This document shows, in pieces, positions 12,931-26,631 of a stretch of DNA of 64,000 nucleotides. The position numbers and the translations under genes are program-made. This DNA is from Macrostomum lignano. Its lineage: Eukaryota. Positions within the stretch are counted from its first letter, which is position 1; each line of letters begins with the position of its first letter. Below the pieces are notes generated by a model, which was not told the origin of the DNA, did no database searches, and saw only the letters and a program-made list of their open reading frames with translations. Location of the stretch: the NCBI GenBank assembly GCA_002269645.1, contig NIVC01000856.1, forward strand, positions 330,912 through 394,911. Direction: 5' to 3'.

Positions 12931-13239
12931 CCAACATTACCCATTCTACATTGACCAATCCACACCCCTATCCAACTACCTCATCTCAAACTCATCTTAT
13001 CCCTAATGTCAGTCAGACAGGTGAGGGAATTGTCCTTTAGAATTTTCTTGCCGAGTTACGCATCTTCCTATCAATTGATACAACTGATGCACAGATGTAC
13101 ATGTGGATATTTCATCACAGATACATTTTGGTCTTAATATTAATAAGTGGAGAATTGTGAGTCGAGTAGTTATTAAAAGACAGTACACAACAGTTTGAGC
13201 ACCCCAACAGAGAAATCAGTGCATGTCCACTCAGGTAGA

Positions 13240-16200
13240 CTAGTATTGATCAACATTGAGCACCAGATTGCCCAGCCCGTCATCTGCCGAGTAGGCATCC
13301 TCGGCCACCTCGGCGTTTGCTTCGCCCGGCAGCGACACCATGGAGCTCTGCGTGCCAAAGGCCACCCGGCTGAAGATGCTGCGCCGCGTCTTCAGGACTT
13401 TGTGCTGGTTGGCTGGCGGGCCTGCGATAGGAAGGGTTGAGGGAGAGGCTGCAGGGAGGGAATAAAATTGGATGCGGAGTGAGGTGGATATGGAGTGAGG
13501 TGGGTGTGCGGAGTGAGGTGGATATGGAGTGAGGTGGGTGTGCGGAGTGAGGTGGATGTGGAGTGAGGTGGGTGTGCGGAGTGAGGTGGGTGTGGAGTGA
13601 GGTGGGTGTGCGGAGTGAGGTGGGTGTGAGAGTGAGGTGGGTTTGAGAGTGAGGTGGATGTGAGACTGATCGGTGGGTGTGAGAGTGAGGTGGTTGTGGA
13701 GTGAGGTGGGTGTGCAGAGTGAGGCGGGTGTAGAGTGAAGTGGGTGTGCGGAGTGAGGTGGGTGTGCGGAGTGAGGTGGGTGTAGAGTGAAGTGGGTGTA
13801 CGGAGTGAGGTGGGTGTGGAGTGAGGCGGGTTTAGAGTGAAGTGAGTGTACGGAGTGAGGTGGGTGTGAAGTGAGGTTTTTCAGTTGAATTTTTTCCATT
13901 TTATTCTAAGCGCCTTAGTTACAATGTAGGACGTACAATTAAAAAATTACATGTACCTGTAGGAAACCTAAATGCTTCTACATACTAAATAATACTGAGG
14001 ACGTACGTAACAAATTAGATAATAAATTAGCTGTCAAAATCAAGGTGTGCAAATCAAGCGCTGCGCTCATAATCAAGCAGTGTTAACCTCCTTTAACCGT
14101 ACTTAAAAATCGAACCAAAGGCGCCAAGACAATTCAGGATTCAAAATTTAAAATTCATGTGATGATGCCTGTGATGATGTTATACATAACACATGTACTT
14201 GATATCGTTTAAAGGTCGAACTTGTTATTAATGAAAGACAACTGACAAGCAAAATTTACTGCTTAAAATCTATGAGTCTTATAAATATTCTTAATAGGCC
14301 GGGTATAAAATTGTATTTAATATTTTTAAATGTCTTATAGAGCATGAGAGAATTAATATTAAAATGCGCGAACAATGCGGTAACTTCGTTCCATCATTAA
14401 CACAAAACTGGAGGAAAGCGAGTGGTAGGCAGATGCATCATGGCTGGGATAGCAGTTTCTTGTGGCCGCTTCAAATTCATGATTTATTACTGGGAATAAA
14501 TCATTCATATCACACTACATATATTAGGTTGTTGATCCGTATTAAATGTTAGATCCAATATCCGGCACTTGTGAAATTTTTTGAGGAGATGCGAAAATCA
14601 GAGACTGAGATTGAGATAGAAAATACTCGTAGGTAATGAGATGGATAGAAATTGAAATATTATAAAATGGAATGAATATGAGAGATAGAATATGGAGATA
14701 GGAGAGATAGACTATGAGATGAGAGAGATAGAATATGGAGATAGGAGAGATAGACTATGAGATGGGAGAGATAGAATATGGGATAGGAGAGATAGAATAT
14801 GAGATGAGAGAGATAGAATATGGGATAGGAGAGATAGAATATGAGATGAGAGAGATAGACGGTGAGACGGTGGAAGGTGAGATGAGAAAAGAAAGTGCAC
14901 AAAGAGAAGCAAAGAAAGGTGACAAGCGCCAGACAGAACACTCAGATTAAATACTTGCAAATTGAAATTTTACGAGAAAAAGACAGCAATAATCTTGCAA
15001 CACTACTGAGGCTCGAGTAGAGTGAACTGATAATTAACAATCGAAAAATATTAAGCAGATTTCTGTCTGGACACAACAAACCATTACAAGATAGAGGGGG
15101 GGGGCATACAATATAAGAAAAAAGGAATATAAAATCTACAATAATCGATATTGTGCAAGTGGCTTTAATAGTGAGAGGAGTTCGCTTCTGTAAACCAACA
15201 GGTCCATGCAGATTGGCAAGATTCAACGGAGTCTACAGTTTATTATTTGAGTAGTTCCACAGATTCCGCCCCACTCGGGCCTCATCATTTTCAGCTCCTG
15301 GACTCGCCGCCGCTGCTGTCCTCCGCCTCTTCTAGCAGGCCGTAGCGCCGTCGCTTCCTCAGGCGGCCGACGCTGCCGGCTGGTCCTGGTTTTTCGCATT
15401 GTTAGTTATTTGATATAATCGATTAGCATCTCAATCAGGGCTGACAATCAGAATGAAAAATAGCCAACAAATCAAAACGTTGCTAAAATGCTAACTAAAT
15501 TCAATCTTGCCGGTTATTGCAATTTAATTTTTCTCATATAATGTCGCCGCTGCAGAATATAAATTGTTTCATTTCGCGTCACGCTACTTACAGTACACTA
15601 AATAGCGTATGTTACATTTTTTAATTTAACGATTTTATCCATCTTTTATAGTGGAATAAAAAAGATTTGAGGGACTAACTGATCCCGATTGAATCTGGGA
15701 CTGATTTGGGACTAACTGATCCCAAATAAACTAAATTTTCGATACATATCGGCATAACTCACCGACATAGCTGAGCAGCACAGGCAGGAACACGAGGCCG
15801 TGCAGGGCTCCGAACAGCACAATGCCCAGGTACATGCGGAAGTAGAAAATTTTGAACAGCTGGGATTTGGCAAAACCGAGGATCACAATGCCGCCCAGCT
15901 TGGTGAGGGTGATGCCGGAGAACACGGAGCTGCCCATGTGGACAAAACTGTCCCGAGCTCTGGCCAGCCGGCTGGTCTCCTTGGAGACGGCGAAAGCACG
16001 GACCAGGTGCGAGCAGAACTCCACCGAGATGCCCACGGTCTGGGGTTGGGGGTCAGAGGGGTCGACCTTTTAACAATGATAGTCATCGTTTCAACCATGA
16101 CAATCATCCTTTCAACCATGATAATCATCATTTCAACCATGACAATCATCATTTCAACAATGAAAATCATCATTTAAGCATGATAATCATTATTTCAACA

Positions 16201-19200
16201 ATGATAATCATCATTTCAATAATGATTATCATCATTTTAAGCATGACAATCATCCTTTCAACCATGACAATCATCATTTCAACAATGAAAATCATCATTT
16301 AAGCATGATAATCATTATTTCAACAATGATAATCATCATTTCAATAATGATTATCATCATTTTAAGCATGACAATCATCCTTTCAACCATGATAATCATT
16401 ATTTCAACAATGATAATCATCATTTCAATAATGATTATCATCATTTTAAGCATGACAATCATCCTTTCAACCATGATAATCATCATTTCAATAATGATAA
16501 TCATCATTTCAATAATGATTATCATCATTTTAAGCATGACAATCATCCTTTCAACCATGATAATCATCATTTCAATAATGATAATCATCATTTCAACCAT
16601 GGCAATCATCATTTCAACCATGGCAATCATCATTTCAACAATGAGAATCAGCATTTCAACAATTATAATCATCATTTCAAGCATGATAAGCGATAAGCAA
16701 CTTTAAAGCTAGGATAAATTGTTTTTTCTTACATTAACGTTGCAACTGTGATAATCACTATATTAGCCACAAAAATGACTACGAAATGAAAGTGTTCAAA
16801 ACGTAACAAAACCAATAGCGGCAGTTTGAGCAGTTTGAAACACGCACGCTAGCAATAATTTCATTTCAGTGCCAGGCAGTGCTAAGAGAATATGTTTCAA
16901 TTTGACCCGAAATAAAGTGCATATAGCATTAGAATTGGCTACATTTATGATAAGGAATGTCACGCCATAACTCATACAGGCCCTGCAGTGCCTGACTTGA
17001 CCTATGGATTGTGAACATTCAACCTGGGCATTTCATTGCGCAGTCCAGTCACGCCAGTTACTTATCGGAGACTATGCTACTTCATTTTTTGTGTTCCAAT
17101 TTTACTTTTCCTCGCCCTAACTTTCTAGAACTGTTTTTATAATCTCATAAATCAGGGCAGTGTTGGTTGATTAAAGTGTGCCAATGCACTTTTCTCAAGT
17201 TAAAGTACATGCCGTGAATGACGACTTTACCAATAGATATCCACATCCCTACCCACAGACAGTGTCCAGGCTACCCACAGACAGTGTCCAGGCTACCCAA
17301 AGACAGTGTCCAAGCTACCCACAGACACAGTGTCCAGGCTACCCACAGACACAGTATCCAGGCTACCCACAGACACAGTATCCAGGCTACCCACAGACAC
17401 AGTATCCAGGCTACCCACAGACACAGTATCTAGGCTACCCACAGACACAGTATCCAGGCTACCATCGCTCACCATGACGAGGTTCACCAGTGACACAGCG
17501 TTAAGCGTGATATCCCAGAAGTACATGAAGCCAAGCATGGAGTTGAGAATCAGGCCGATAGTGAGCAGTATGATGCAGGTGGAGAACAGGTCAAATCCAA
17601 GCAGGATGAAGGTCACAACGCCGATAGCGGCAACGCAGATTGACAGGTTGACAACCGTGTCGTGCACAATGGTCAGGTATTGCTCGTAGAATACGTAGAA
17701 CACGCTGTACGGGAATACATTGATCTCCCTGGCAACAATTCGGTTGGAGGGTTGATAGATATAGATGCATGCAGGCAAAGCGGGACTAGCTGATCCCGAA
17801 TGAATCTGGGACTGACTGCGGGACTAACGGAATGAATCTGGGCTGATTGCGGGACTAATCCAATGAATCTGGGCTGATTGCGGGACTAATCCAATGAATC
17901 TGGGACTGACTGCGGGACTAACCCAATGAATCTGGGACTGACTGCGGGACTAACGGAATGAATCTGGGCTGATTGCGGGACTAATCCAATGAATCTGGGA
18001 CTTACTGCGGGACTAACCCAATGAATCTGGGACTGATTGCGGGACTAACCCAATGAATCTGGGACTGACTGCGGGACTAACCCAATGAATCTGGGACTGA
18101 CTGCGGGACTAACCCAATGAATCTGGGACTGATTGCGGGACTAACCCAATGAATCTGGGACTGACTGCGGGACTAACCCAATGAATCTGGAACTGATTGC
18201 GGGACTGAACCAATGCATCTAGGACTGATTGCAGGACTAACGGAATGAATCCGGGACTGACTGCGGGACTAACAGAAGAAATCTGGGACTGATTGCAGGA
18301 CTAACCCAATGAATATGGGACTGATTTCGGGACTAATAGTCAAATACAATAAAATACGCAAAAAACTCACTTTGATTGAGTAACATTCTCAAAGTACGTA
18401 TTAATATCGTCAGTCATTTTAATAGCCATCTTGTAGGCGTTAATAAAATCGTCGCCGGTCCTGAGCACAGAGTGGTAGGTCATGTAGTAGGAGGCGGTCA
18501 CTGCCCCGGTGGCGTTGGACCTCGCTATGGCCGTAGCGTAGGCGGCGTGTCCGCCTTTGGCGCAGGCGGGCCCGGGGTTGTCCATGAGGAAATAGTCCAG
18601 GTAGCGGTAGAACTCCGACTGCACCGGCCGGCCGTCTGAAGTGAAATTCACGTTGCAGGAGACGCAATCAGTGGCCGAGCTGGTGGCCGGACAGAAGCCG
18701 CCGGAGCCGGCCGTGTGGTAGCGGCAGCAGGGCGGGTGTCCGCTTGGGTCCAGCCAGTCCACATAGTCGTCAAACCAGGAGCTGGGCGGGCTAACAATAT
18801 AGGAATAGGTTGGAATCTCGGACATCTGGGACAGCTGGCCGACCATGGACTTCTGCGGACAGCCGGCCCGGCTGCACACCAGGTTCTGCTGGCTGGGATC
18901 CGAGTAGTCCAGCGGGCCGCGCACTACAAAGTAGACGGGCGGCCCGACGCTCAGATACCGCTTGATGCCGTCGAAATAGTCGATCACGTAGCTGTCCTCG
19001 GGCATGCTAAGCTCCTGGTCCAGGCCTACTCGGACATTGTGCACCGAGGCCAGGCACAGACAGGCCCAGCCGGTGAACAGCAGGATGACAAACGGCCGGA
19101 CCCAGGATTGGAACAGCACAGCCGATATGTAGCGCTTGAATAGTTGGAATAGCAAGCCGCTGTTGTTGTTAGATTGCGCCGAGTCCGGATTCGAGTCCAG

Positions 19201-22200
19201 GATCTCGCGCGGAAGCTGCTGCTGCTGCTGTGCGGCCTGCTCATCCTTGGACGCCAGCAGGCAGCAGAGAACATCCGGCCTGCCGGCTGCCTGACGCCTG
19301 GCGTCCAGCGACAGCAGCGCCACGAAGCAGCTGATCTGCAGCAGGAAGTCCACCAGCACGGCCATGCCAGCGTACAGGGCGAACACGCGGACGGCCGGCA
19401 TGGAGGTCAAGGCGCCGAAGAAGAAGGCCACGGACTCGCTCAGGCTGCTTAGCAGCATGCTGGGCCCCACGCTGCCCACCGAGCGGGCGATGCGGGCCTG
19501 CGGGGGGACAGCTGAAGGGCTTGAGATCCCTGTCTAGATCCTAAATGACCACCCTATCTAGATTATAAATGACCCCACTATCTAGATCCTAAATGACCAC
19601 CCTATCTAGATTATAAATGACCCCACTATCTAGAGCCTAAATGACCACCCTATCTAGATTATACATGTAAATGACCCCACTATCTAGATTATAAATGACC
19701 CCACTATCTAGATTATAAATGACCCCACTATCTAGATGCTTAATGACCCCCCTAGTTCTAGATACTAAATGCCCCCCTAGTTCCAGATCCTAAATGACCC
19801 CCCCCCCTAGTTCTCGATAGCAAATGACCACCCACCTAGTTCTAGATACTAAATGACCCCCCCCCCTAGTTCCAGATCCTAAATGACCCCCCCTAGTTCT
19901 CGATACTAAATGCCCCCCCCTAGTTCCAGATCCTAAATGACCCCCCCCTAGTTCTCGATACTAAATGCCCCCCCTAGTCCTAGATCCTAAATGACCCTCA
20001 CCCCCTATTATAGGATCCTAAGGAATCCTTGATCCTATTCCAGGCGGATAACGCACGTGATTATGAGATGACTGGTTTACCTGCACGCAGTCGGCATAGG
20101 CGGCGTCCCGCTGGTAGTGCTGCACCAGAATGAATATGTTATCAACCCCAACGGCCAGCACTAGGAAAGGCACAACCTCGATAATGATAAGCGTGGCCGG
20201 GAAGCCCAGATAGCTCCAGAATCCCAGGGAGCAGGCCACAGCGATCAGCACAATGACCACACCGGCCAGGCCCAGAGTGACCTTGGCGTCGATGAACAGC
20301 CGGTTGCAGGACTTGTACTGACCCAGCGTGATGGTCACGTAGGCAAACATCACCAGGTAGCTAATTAGGATTGTCAGCACGTCCGAGTTCGATTCCCGTT
20401 CCAGCTCGTCTTCAATCGAGCGCTCCGACGAGTAGCGCACATCGAATTCGGCCGAATTGTCCTCTTTGAACTGGCGAGCCACCTTGAGAAAGGCCGACTC
20501 CCATTCTTTGGCCGCGCGCACCTGTTTGAGGGATTTTAAGGGATTTTTGAGGGATAATGGAGATCTATAGGGTATAATGGAAATTTGTAGGGGAAATGAG
20601 GATCTGTAGGGGATAATGGGAATCTGTAGAGGATAATGGGTATCAATAGGGAATAATGGATATCTGTATGGGATAATGTGGATCTTTAGGGAATAATGGG
20701 GATCTGTATGGGATAATGTGGATCTTTAGGGAATAATGGGGATCTGTATGGGATAATGTGGATCTTTAGGGGATAATGGGGATCCATAGAGGATAATGGG
20801 GATCAATAGGGGATAATGGGGATCTGTAGGGGATGATGGAAACTTGTAGGGGATAATGGGGATCTGTAAGGGATAATGGAAATCTGTAGGGGATAATGGC
20901 GATCTGTAGGGGATAATGGGGATCTTTAGGGGATAATGGGGATCTGTAGGGGATGATGGAAACTTGTAGGGGATAATGGGGATCTGTATGGGATAATGTG
21001 GATCTTTAAAGGATAATGGGGATCCATAGAGGATAATGGGGATCAATAGGGGATAATGGGGATCTACATGGGATAATGGAGATCTGTAGGGGATAATGTG
21101 GATCTTTAGGGGATAATGGGGATCCCTAGAAGATAATGGGGATCTGTAAGGGATAATGGGGATCCCTAGAAGATAATGGGGATCTGTAAGGGATAATGGG
21201 GATCTGTAGGGGATAATGGGGATCTGTAGGGGATAATGGCGATCTGTAGGGGATAATGGGGATCTATAGGAGATAATGTGGATCTATAGGGGACAATGGG
21301 GATCTGTAAGGGATAATGGGGATTTTTTAGTGATGATGAGAATTTTTCGGGGATAGTAGGGATATTTTATGAAGCATGGGAATATTTTAGGGATCATGGG
21401 GATATTTAAGGGATCATGAGAATCTTGCGATTTAAAGGAACTTAAGTGGATTTAAATAAGAGACTTACAAAAATTAGTTAAAATAGAGCAAATTAAAATC
21501 AGATTTATATAGTAACTGACCTGCTTCGACTCAGAATTAACATCGTTATTAACAATAAAGGTGAGCACAATAGCGCTGGAATTCAGATAAGCGGTTCCAT
21601 TAAAGCCGCCAAACACCACCCAGGGATAAATTGGGCCGCCCCATTCGGCAAAGCAGCTCATCTGGTTCGGGCTGTTGTCGTTCATGCTGATAGGGTTCTG
21701 GGTGCAGGCCACCAGATGGGTGATCCAATCAGCGTCCACAAGGTCGAAGTCGTTCAGGTGGGTCAAGTTCAAATTGGTACCGTTGGATTGGAAATAGCCC
21801 AGAGGGCTCTGCACCGCGCAGGTGGAGTAGTCCGGGGCCAGAGGCTTGAAGCAGATGTCCGTGAGGCTCATGTTCCTGCCCAGGGTGTCGCTCCACACTT
21901 CCATGTTGGTCACGTGGGTCTGCAGGTCCAGCAGCTTCTGGAGGAACTGCTTGCGTACCACCGGGCTAAACACTTTGTAGGGCAGCGGTTCGAAGTAGGG
22001 GTCGTGCGAGAACAGCGTCTGGTTCCTGGGGATCACGATGATCTGCTCGGAGCGGTAGAACGGGCTGTGGGACGGAGTGAGATAGGATGAAGACTGGCGT
22101 GAACCAGCGTGACACACATGACTCACTGACTCTTGTTTAAATCTACAAACAATGGGTCAGTGCTGACCCACTGATAATTGCTTGACTCACTGACACTTGC

Positions 22201-25200
22201 CGACCCACAGACACTTGCCGACCCACAGACACTTACCGACACACGAACACCTGCTGACACACAGACACTTGCCGACACACTGATACTTTCTGACCCACTG
22301 ACGCTTGCTGACCCACTGACGATTGCTGACCCACAGACACTTGTTGACCCACAGACACTTGTTGACCCTGACCCACAGACAATTGCTGGCTCACTGACAC
22401 TCGCTAACCCACAGACACTTGCTGATCCTGACCCACAGACAATTGCTGACCCACAAACACTTGCTGACCCTGACCCATTGAAACTCGCTGACCCACAGAC
22501 ACTTGCTGACCCACTGATACTCGCTGACTCACTGACACTTGCTGACCCAGACACGCACTGACCCACAGGCACTTAGACCATCCCGACCCAAAACTCAAGG
22601 CTGACCCAGTGACTCACCCGAAATTCTCATCAAAAAAGTTTTTCTGCTGCCTAGCCGTGGAATCCGGTGCGCTCCACAGCTCCACGGGGTCGGTGGTGAC
22701 CTGAAAGAAGAACACTCCGCAGGACAGACCGACGCACAGCAACAACCCGGCAACCAGTACAATGACTGGCCTGTCGGCTACCAGACGGCCCCAGGAGGTG
22801 AAAGCGGCCTCCAGGCGGGACTCGAACTCGGCGTTGATCCGGTCGCCGCAGCCGATGTCCTTGTCGCTCAGCGGCCGACCTTCCGACGAAGAAGCGGCCG
22901 TCGCGTTGGAGGCGGCGGTCGATGCCGATGGCGGCTCATTCTGGAACAGCTTGAACCCCATGCTGTTGTTGGCGTACACGTGGAAGAAGATGTTGGCCCC
23001 GCCGAATAGCAGGATGAAAACAGCGTACACCAGGAAGAGGATCAGGTACCAGCCGTCTACGCCGAGGATGCGCCACGGCTTTGGCGGGGCCGGAATGGGC
23101 GGCGGCTTCACGCAGGCGGCCTGGGGAGGCAAAAGGGGATAAAGGGATAAATATAATAAATATTTTATTTATAAAACTCAATCATTGATTTAAAGGGAAG
23201 TTAGTTTAGTCATTAGTCACATAGAAGTTGCTCATTCTTACGGAAATGATTAATCATTTATTTATAACACAGCTAAATTTTTTTACCCAAGCACCAGAGA
23301 CAGAAGACTAAAAAAGAGAGGGAATGGATGAGAAAAGAGAGAGAGGATAGAGGAGGGAAGAGGAGAGAGGAGAGAGGGGAGAGGAGAGAGGAGAGAGGAG
23401 AGGATAGAGGAGAGAGGGGAGAGGAGAGAGGGGAGAGGAGAGAGGAGAGAGGGGGGGAGAGGAGAGGGAAGATGGGAGAGGAGAAAGGAGAGAGGGGAAG
23501 GGAGATGAGAGAGGAGAAAAAGAGAAGAGAGCTGAGAAGAGACTGCTAGTGTGAAGTTTCACGGACCCGAGGACCGGATAGAGAGGCTTCGCGGGCCGGA
23601 GTTAGCAGACCCATGACGTAGCAACCAAAATAGCAAGCAACGCTTTGCTAAATAAGTAACATACAATTATCTTCATCAAGCATATTAGAACTGTTTTGAA
23701 TAGCTAAATATGACCCTTGACCAAGGGGCTAAATTAAGCACAGTCATTACACATAAACTAAAGCACTAGGTTAGCACTAGAACGAGATGTTTGCTTTGCT
23801 ATGTGTCTGGGGTTCACGCGCATTTCGCACACTTATGATTTGACGCGTGTTTACACTGCGCTATGCTAAAACTGAAATTTATATCCGACTTGAAGGCGAA
23901 ATTAGGCGGCCAGCCACTCCAGTCTAAAATTTGCTATTTCAAGATATAGATACATAAATACTGGGTCCAAATTCTCAAGTCTCTCCTTGGTGCATTTGCA
24001 AATGTAGAAATTGTGAAAGTGTTTCGATACACTAGCTAGCTAGCTAGGACTGTGCGCACAGAATCAAGCAAATTCACTTTTGCAGAGCGGCGACAAGCAT
24101 GTGGAAATGTTGTTTTCGATTTAAACTATCCGAGAAAAAATGTATAGTTGCATTGTCTGTACTGACTGAATCATAAATAATCAGTGTGACGGCCAGGGGA
24201 GACAGTTACGATGCCAGGGGAGGCAGCGGGGATGCCAGGGGAGGCAGTGGGGATGCCAGGGGAGGTAGCGGGGATGCCAGGGGAGGCAGTGGAGATGCCA
24301 GGGGAAGCAGCGGGGGAAGGGCAGCCGCCCTTTCTCACCTGACAGTCGGTGCAGGAGCAAGGTGCTATGCCGCCAGCCTTGTCTCCAAGCTCGCATTTAA
24401 CCAGACTGGAGTTCATGGGGCACATAGACTCGCTGCCATTCGTGTAGCACTGGTCCTGAATGAGATATTTGGTATTGAAGGGAGCGAGCGAGTTGGCCTT
24501 AGTGTCGCCAATGAAGCTATAGATGTCCTGGATTGTGCACTTTTCAACGCTGACGCTGCCGCACAGACCGCCAATCGCTTTGCTGTTGCCCTGCATGACG
24601 TCTTTGCAGCTGTTGAATAGGCCGTAGGAGAAGGTGCTGGTGATGTTGTAGTCTATGTTGAGGATGCCATGGCTAGTCTGGTTCACCTGAGTCGGTCTCA
24701 TATAGTGAGTCTGGTTTGGCGAGCAGGTAAACTGGCAGAATAGTTCGCGAAAATTTTTCCAGCAGCCCGGGCAACGTTTGAATAGGAGGCCGGCCGGGTC
24801 CAGCTGCTGACTCAGCGTTTGCACCTGCGATGGGGTTGGGTTTGTGCGGCTAGTGCCCGGATGACTGTCGGGTGTCAGGTAAAGGCAGCTGGGATTTTCA
24901 GGGATTTTTTAGACAAATTGTGTCGGAAAAAAACATCATGATATCGGAAAAGACACCAGGATGTCGGGAAAGACACCAGGATATCGGGGAAGACACCAAG
25001 ATGTCGGGGAAGACACCAGGATGTCGGGAAAGACACCAGGATGCCGAGGAAGACGCCAGGATGTCGGGAAAGACAGAAGTATCCCAGGAAAGACAGCAGG
25101 ATGTCGGAGAAGACAGCAGAATGTCGGGAAAGACAGCAAGATGTCGGAAAAGACAGCAAGATGTCGGAAAAGACAGCAAGATATCGGAAAAGACAGCAAG

Positions 25201-25973
25201 ATGTCAGAAAAGACAGCAGGATGTTGGAGAAGACAGCAGAATGTCTGGAAAGACAGCAAGATGTCGGGGAAGACACCAGGATGTCGGGGAAGACACCAGG
25301 ATGTCAGGAAAGACACCAGGATGTCGGGGAAGACACTAGGATATCGGGGAAGACACCAGGATGTCGGGGAAGACACTAGGATATCGGGGAAGACACCAGG
25401 ATGTCGGGGAAGACACTAGGATATCGGGGAAGACACCAGGATGTCGGGGAAGACACCAGGATGTCGGAAAAACATCAGGATATCGGAAAAGAGACCAGGA
25501 TGTCAGGAAAGACAGCAGGATGTCAGGGAGACAGCAGTTTATTAGCAAAGACAGCAGAATGTCCGGAAAGAGAGGAAGACGGCAGGATGTCAGGAAGACA
25601 GAAGGATATCAAAGATGGCAGTAGGTTGGGGAAGACAGGAGGATGTCAGATAAGACAGCAGGATGTAACGGAAGGCAGCAGATATGAAAAACAGGGAAGC
25701 CGGGAATACCATGGGAAACCCAAAATTATTGGTGACAAAAAGCAGTATATTAGTCTTAGTTATAGATAAATTAAAACATCTTACCTGAGATGGTGCACAG
25801 CAGGTGTAGATAGTATCTGAGCCAGGATCAAATAGATCTGGGCATATAGATTTTAAAGAAGCCACTGCAGCAGAATCATTTAGTAATTTTGGTGGTCCAT
25901 TGTACACACAGTTGGTAGACTTGCCAGTTGGGCCTTTGCCACATTGGTCATACATTATGCAATCACCCGTAGC
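13240..25973 (-). CDS. NPC1: NPC intracellular cholesterol transporter 1 (Niemann-Pick C1)
   Basis: Exons in transcript order: 25973-25785, 24824-24339, 23120-22618, 22064-21521, 20521-20081, 19497-18371, 17728-17473, 16039-15763, then terminal exon 15385-15291 or 13421-13240; all phases join. Cys-rich NTD '[44 protein letters not shown]', 'TTDPVELWS', '[10 protein letters not shown]', SSD '[18 protein letters not shown]', '[10 protein letters not shown]', '[13 protein letters not shown]', '[22 protein letters not shown]'. Confidence 0.97.
13475..13875. repeat. 17-18-bp minisatellite GCGGAGTGAGGTGGGTGT, NPC1 last intron
   Basis: Direct reading. Confidence 0.9.
14670..14890. repeat. 21-bp minisatellite GAGATAGAATATGGGATAGGA
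   Basis: Direct reading. Confidence 0.85.
16070..16690. repeat. 21-bp minisatellite ATGATAATCATCATTTCAACA, NPC1 intron
   Basis: Direct reading. Confidence 0.92.
17250..17463. repeat. 24-bp minisatellite AGGCTACCCACAGACACAGTATCC, NPC1 intron
   Basis: Direct reading; begins ~10 nt after the minus-strand donor at 17472. Confidence 0.92.
17780..18335. repeat. ~32-bp minisatellite GGGACTAACCCAATGAATCTGGGACTGACTGC, NPC1 intron
   Basis: Direct reading. Confidence 0.92.
19535..20005. repeat. ~24-30-bp minisatellite CTAGAT(C/T)(C/A)TAAATGACCCC.., NPC1 intron
   Basis: Direct reading. Confidence 0.9.
20540..21420. repeat. 20-bp minisatellite GGATAATGGGGATCTGTAGG, NPC1 intron
   Basis: Direct reading. 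Confidence 0.92.
22165..22615. repeat. 18-bp minisatellite CTGACCCACAGACACTTG, NPC1 intron
   Basis: Direct reading. Confidence 0.9.
23315..23545. repeat. GA-rich degenerate array, NPC1 intron
   Basis: Direct reading. Confidence 0.85.
24190..24320. repeat. 21-bp minisatellite GGGGATGCCAGGGGAGGCAGC, NPC1 intron
   Basis: Direct reading. Confidence 0.9.
24935..25700. repeat. 20-bp minisatellite GATGTCGGGAAAGACACCAG, NPC1 intron
   Basis: Direct reading. Confidence 0.92.
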
Positions 25974-26570
25974 CTGTTAAATGCAAATTTACAGCTTGTA
26001 AAATCAAACATAAAAATTAGACAAGCAATACCTTTAACAAAAAATTAAAGTAATATAACATTAAAATTTTTAGATCAATTTTAACATATTTTTATTGTAC
26101 TTACATATGAAACTCCAGAAACTAAAAGAAGAAATCCAAAAAGTTGAATCTTTAAAGATATCATGATCATGCAAAAATTATTTGATTTATTATATTGCAT
26201 TGCATGAATTTATATGATATAAGCTTAATTAAATTATTTTTGAATAAATTTTGAATAAATTTATTATTGCACTAATGACTAAAAGTAATGAATTTTTGGG
26301 AAGATTCTAGAACTATATCTAGTGTGTATATATTTTCTAAATTTAAATATGCATTGCCCCACAATAAAAATCAAATAAACTTAAGTTGAGATCTAAAGGT
26401 GATAGAAGAAAAATATATAACTTAATCTTAAAACTTAAGCAAAAGCCAAAACTCATTTTTCTTTATATAATTTCATGGAAAAGAAAAACATGTTGTATGT
26501 CTTTGCAAATTTATAAATATAAAGTTTTATAAATTTTTACAAATAAGCTGATTTTTCTATTATATTATAC

Positions 26571-26631
26571 CTGGCATATCACATAACATGAGTCCATGAC
26601 AAGATAAATGATACAATATAAGTATACAATA
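26571..26631 (-). CDS. NPC1: Candidate NPC1 signal-peptide exon
   Basis: AG-bounded 61-nt segment ending CAG|GTATAA encodes hydrophobic IVYLYCIIYLVMDSCYVICQ, in phase with the 25973 exon. The start codon exon was not identified. Confidence 0.3.
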
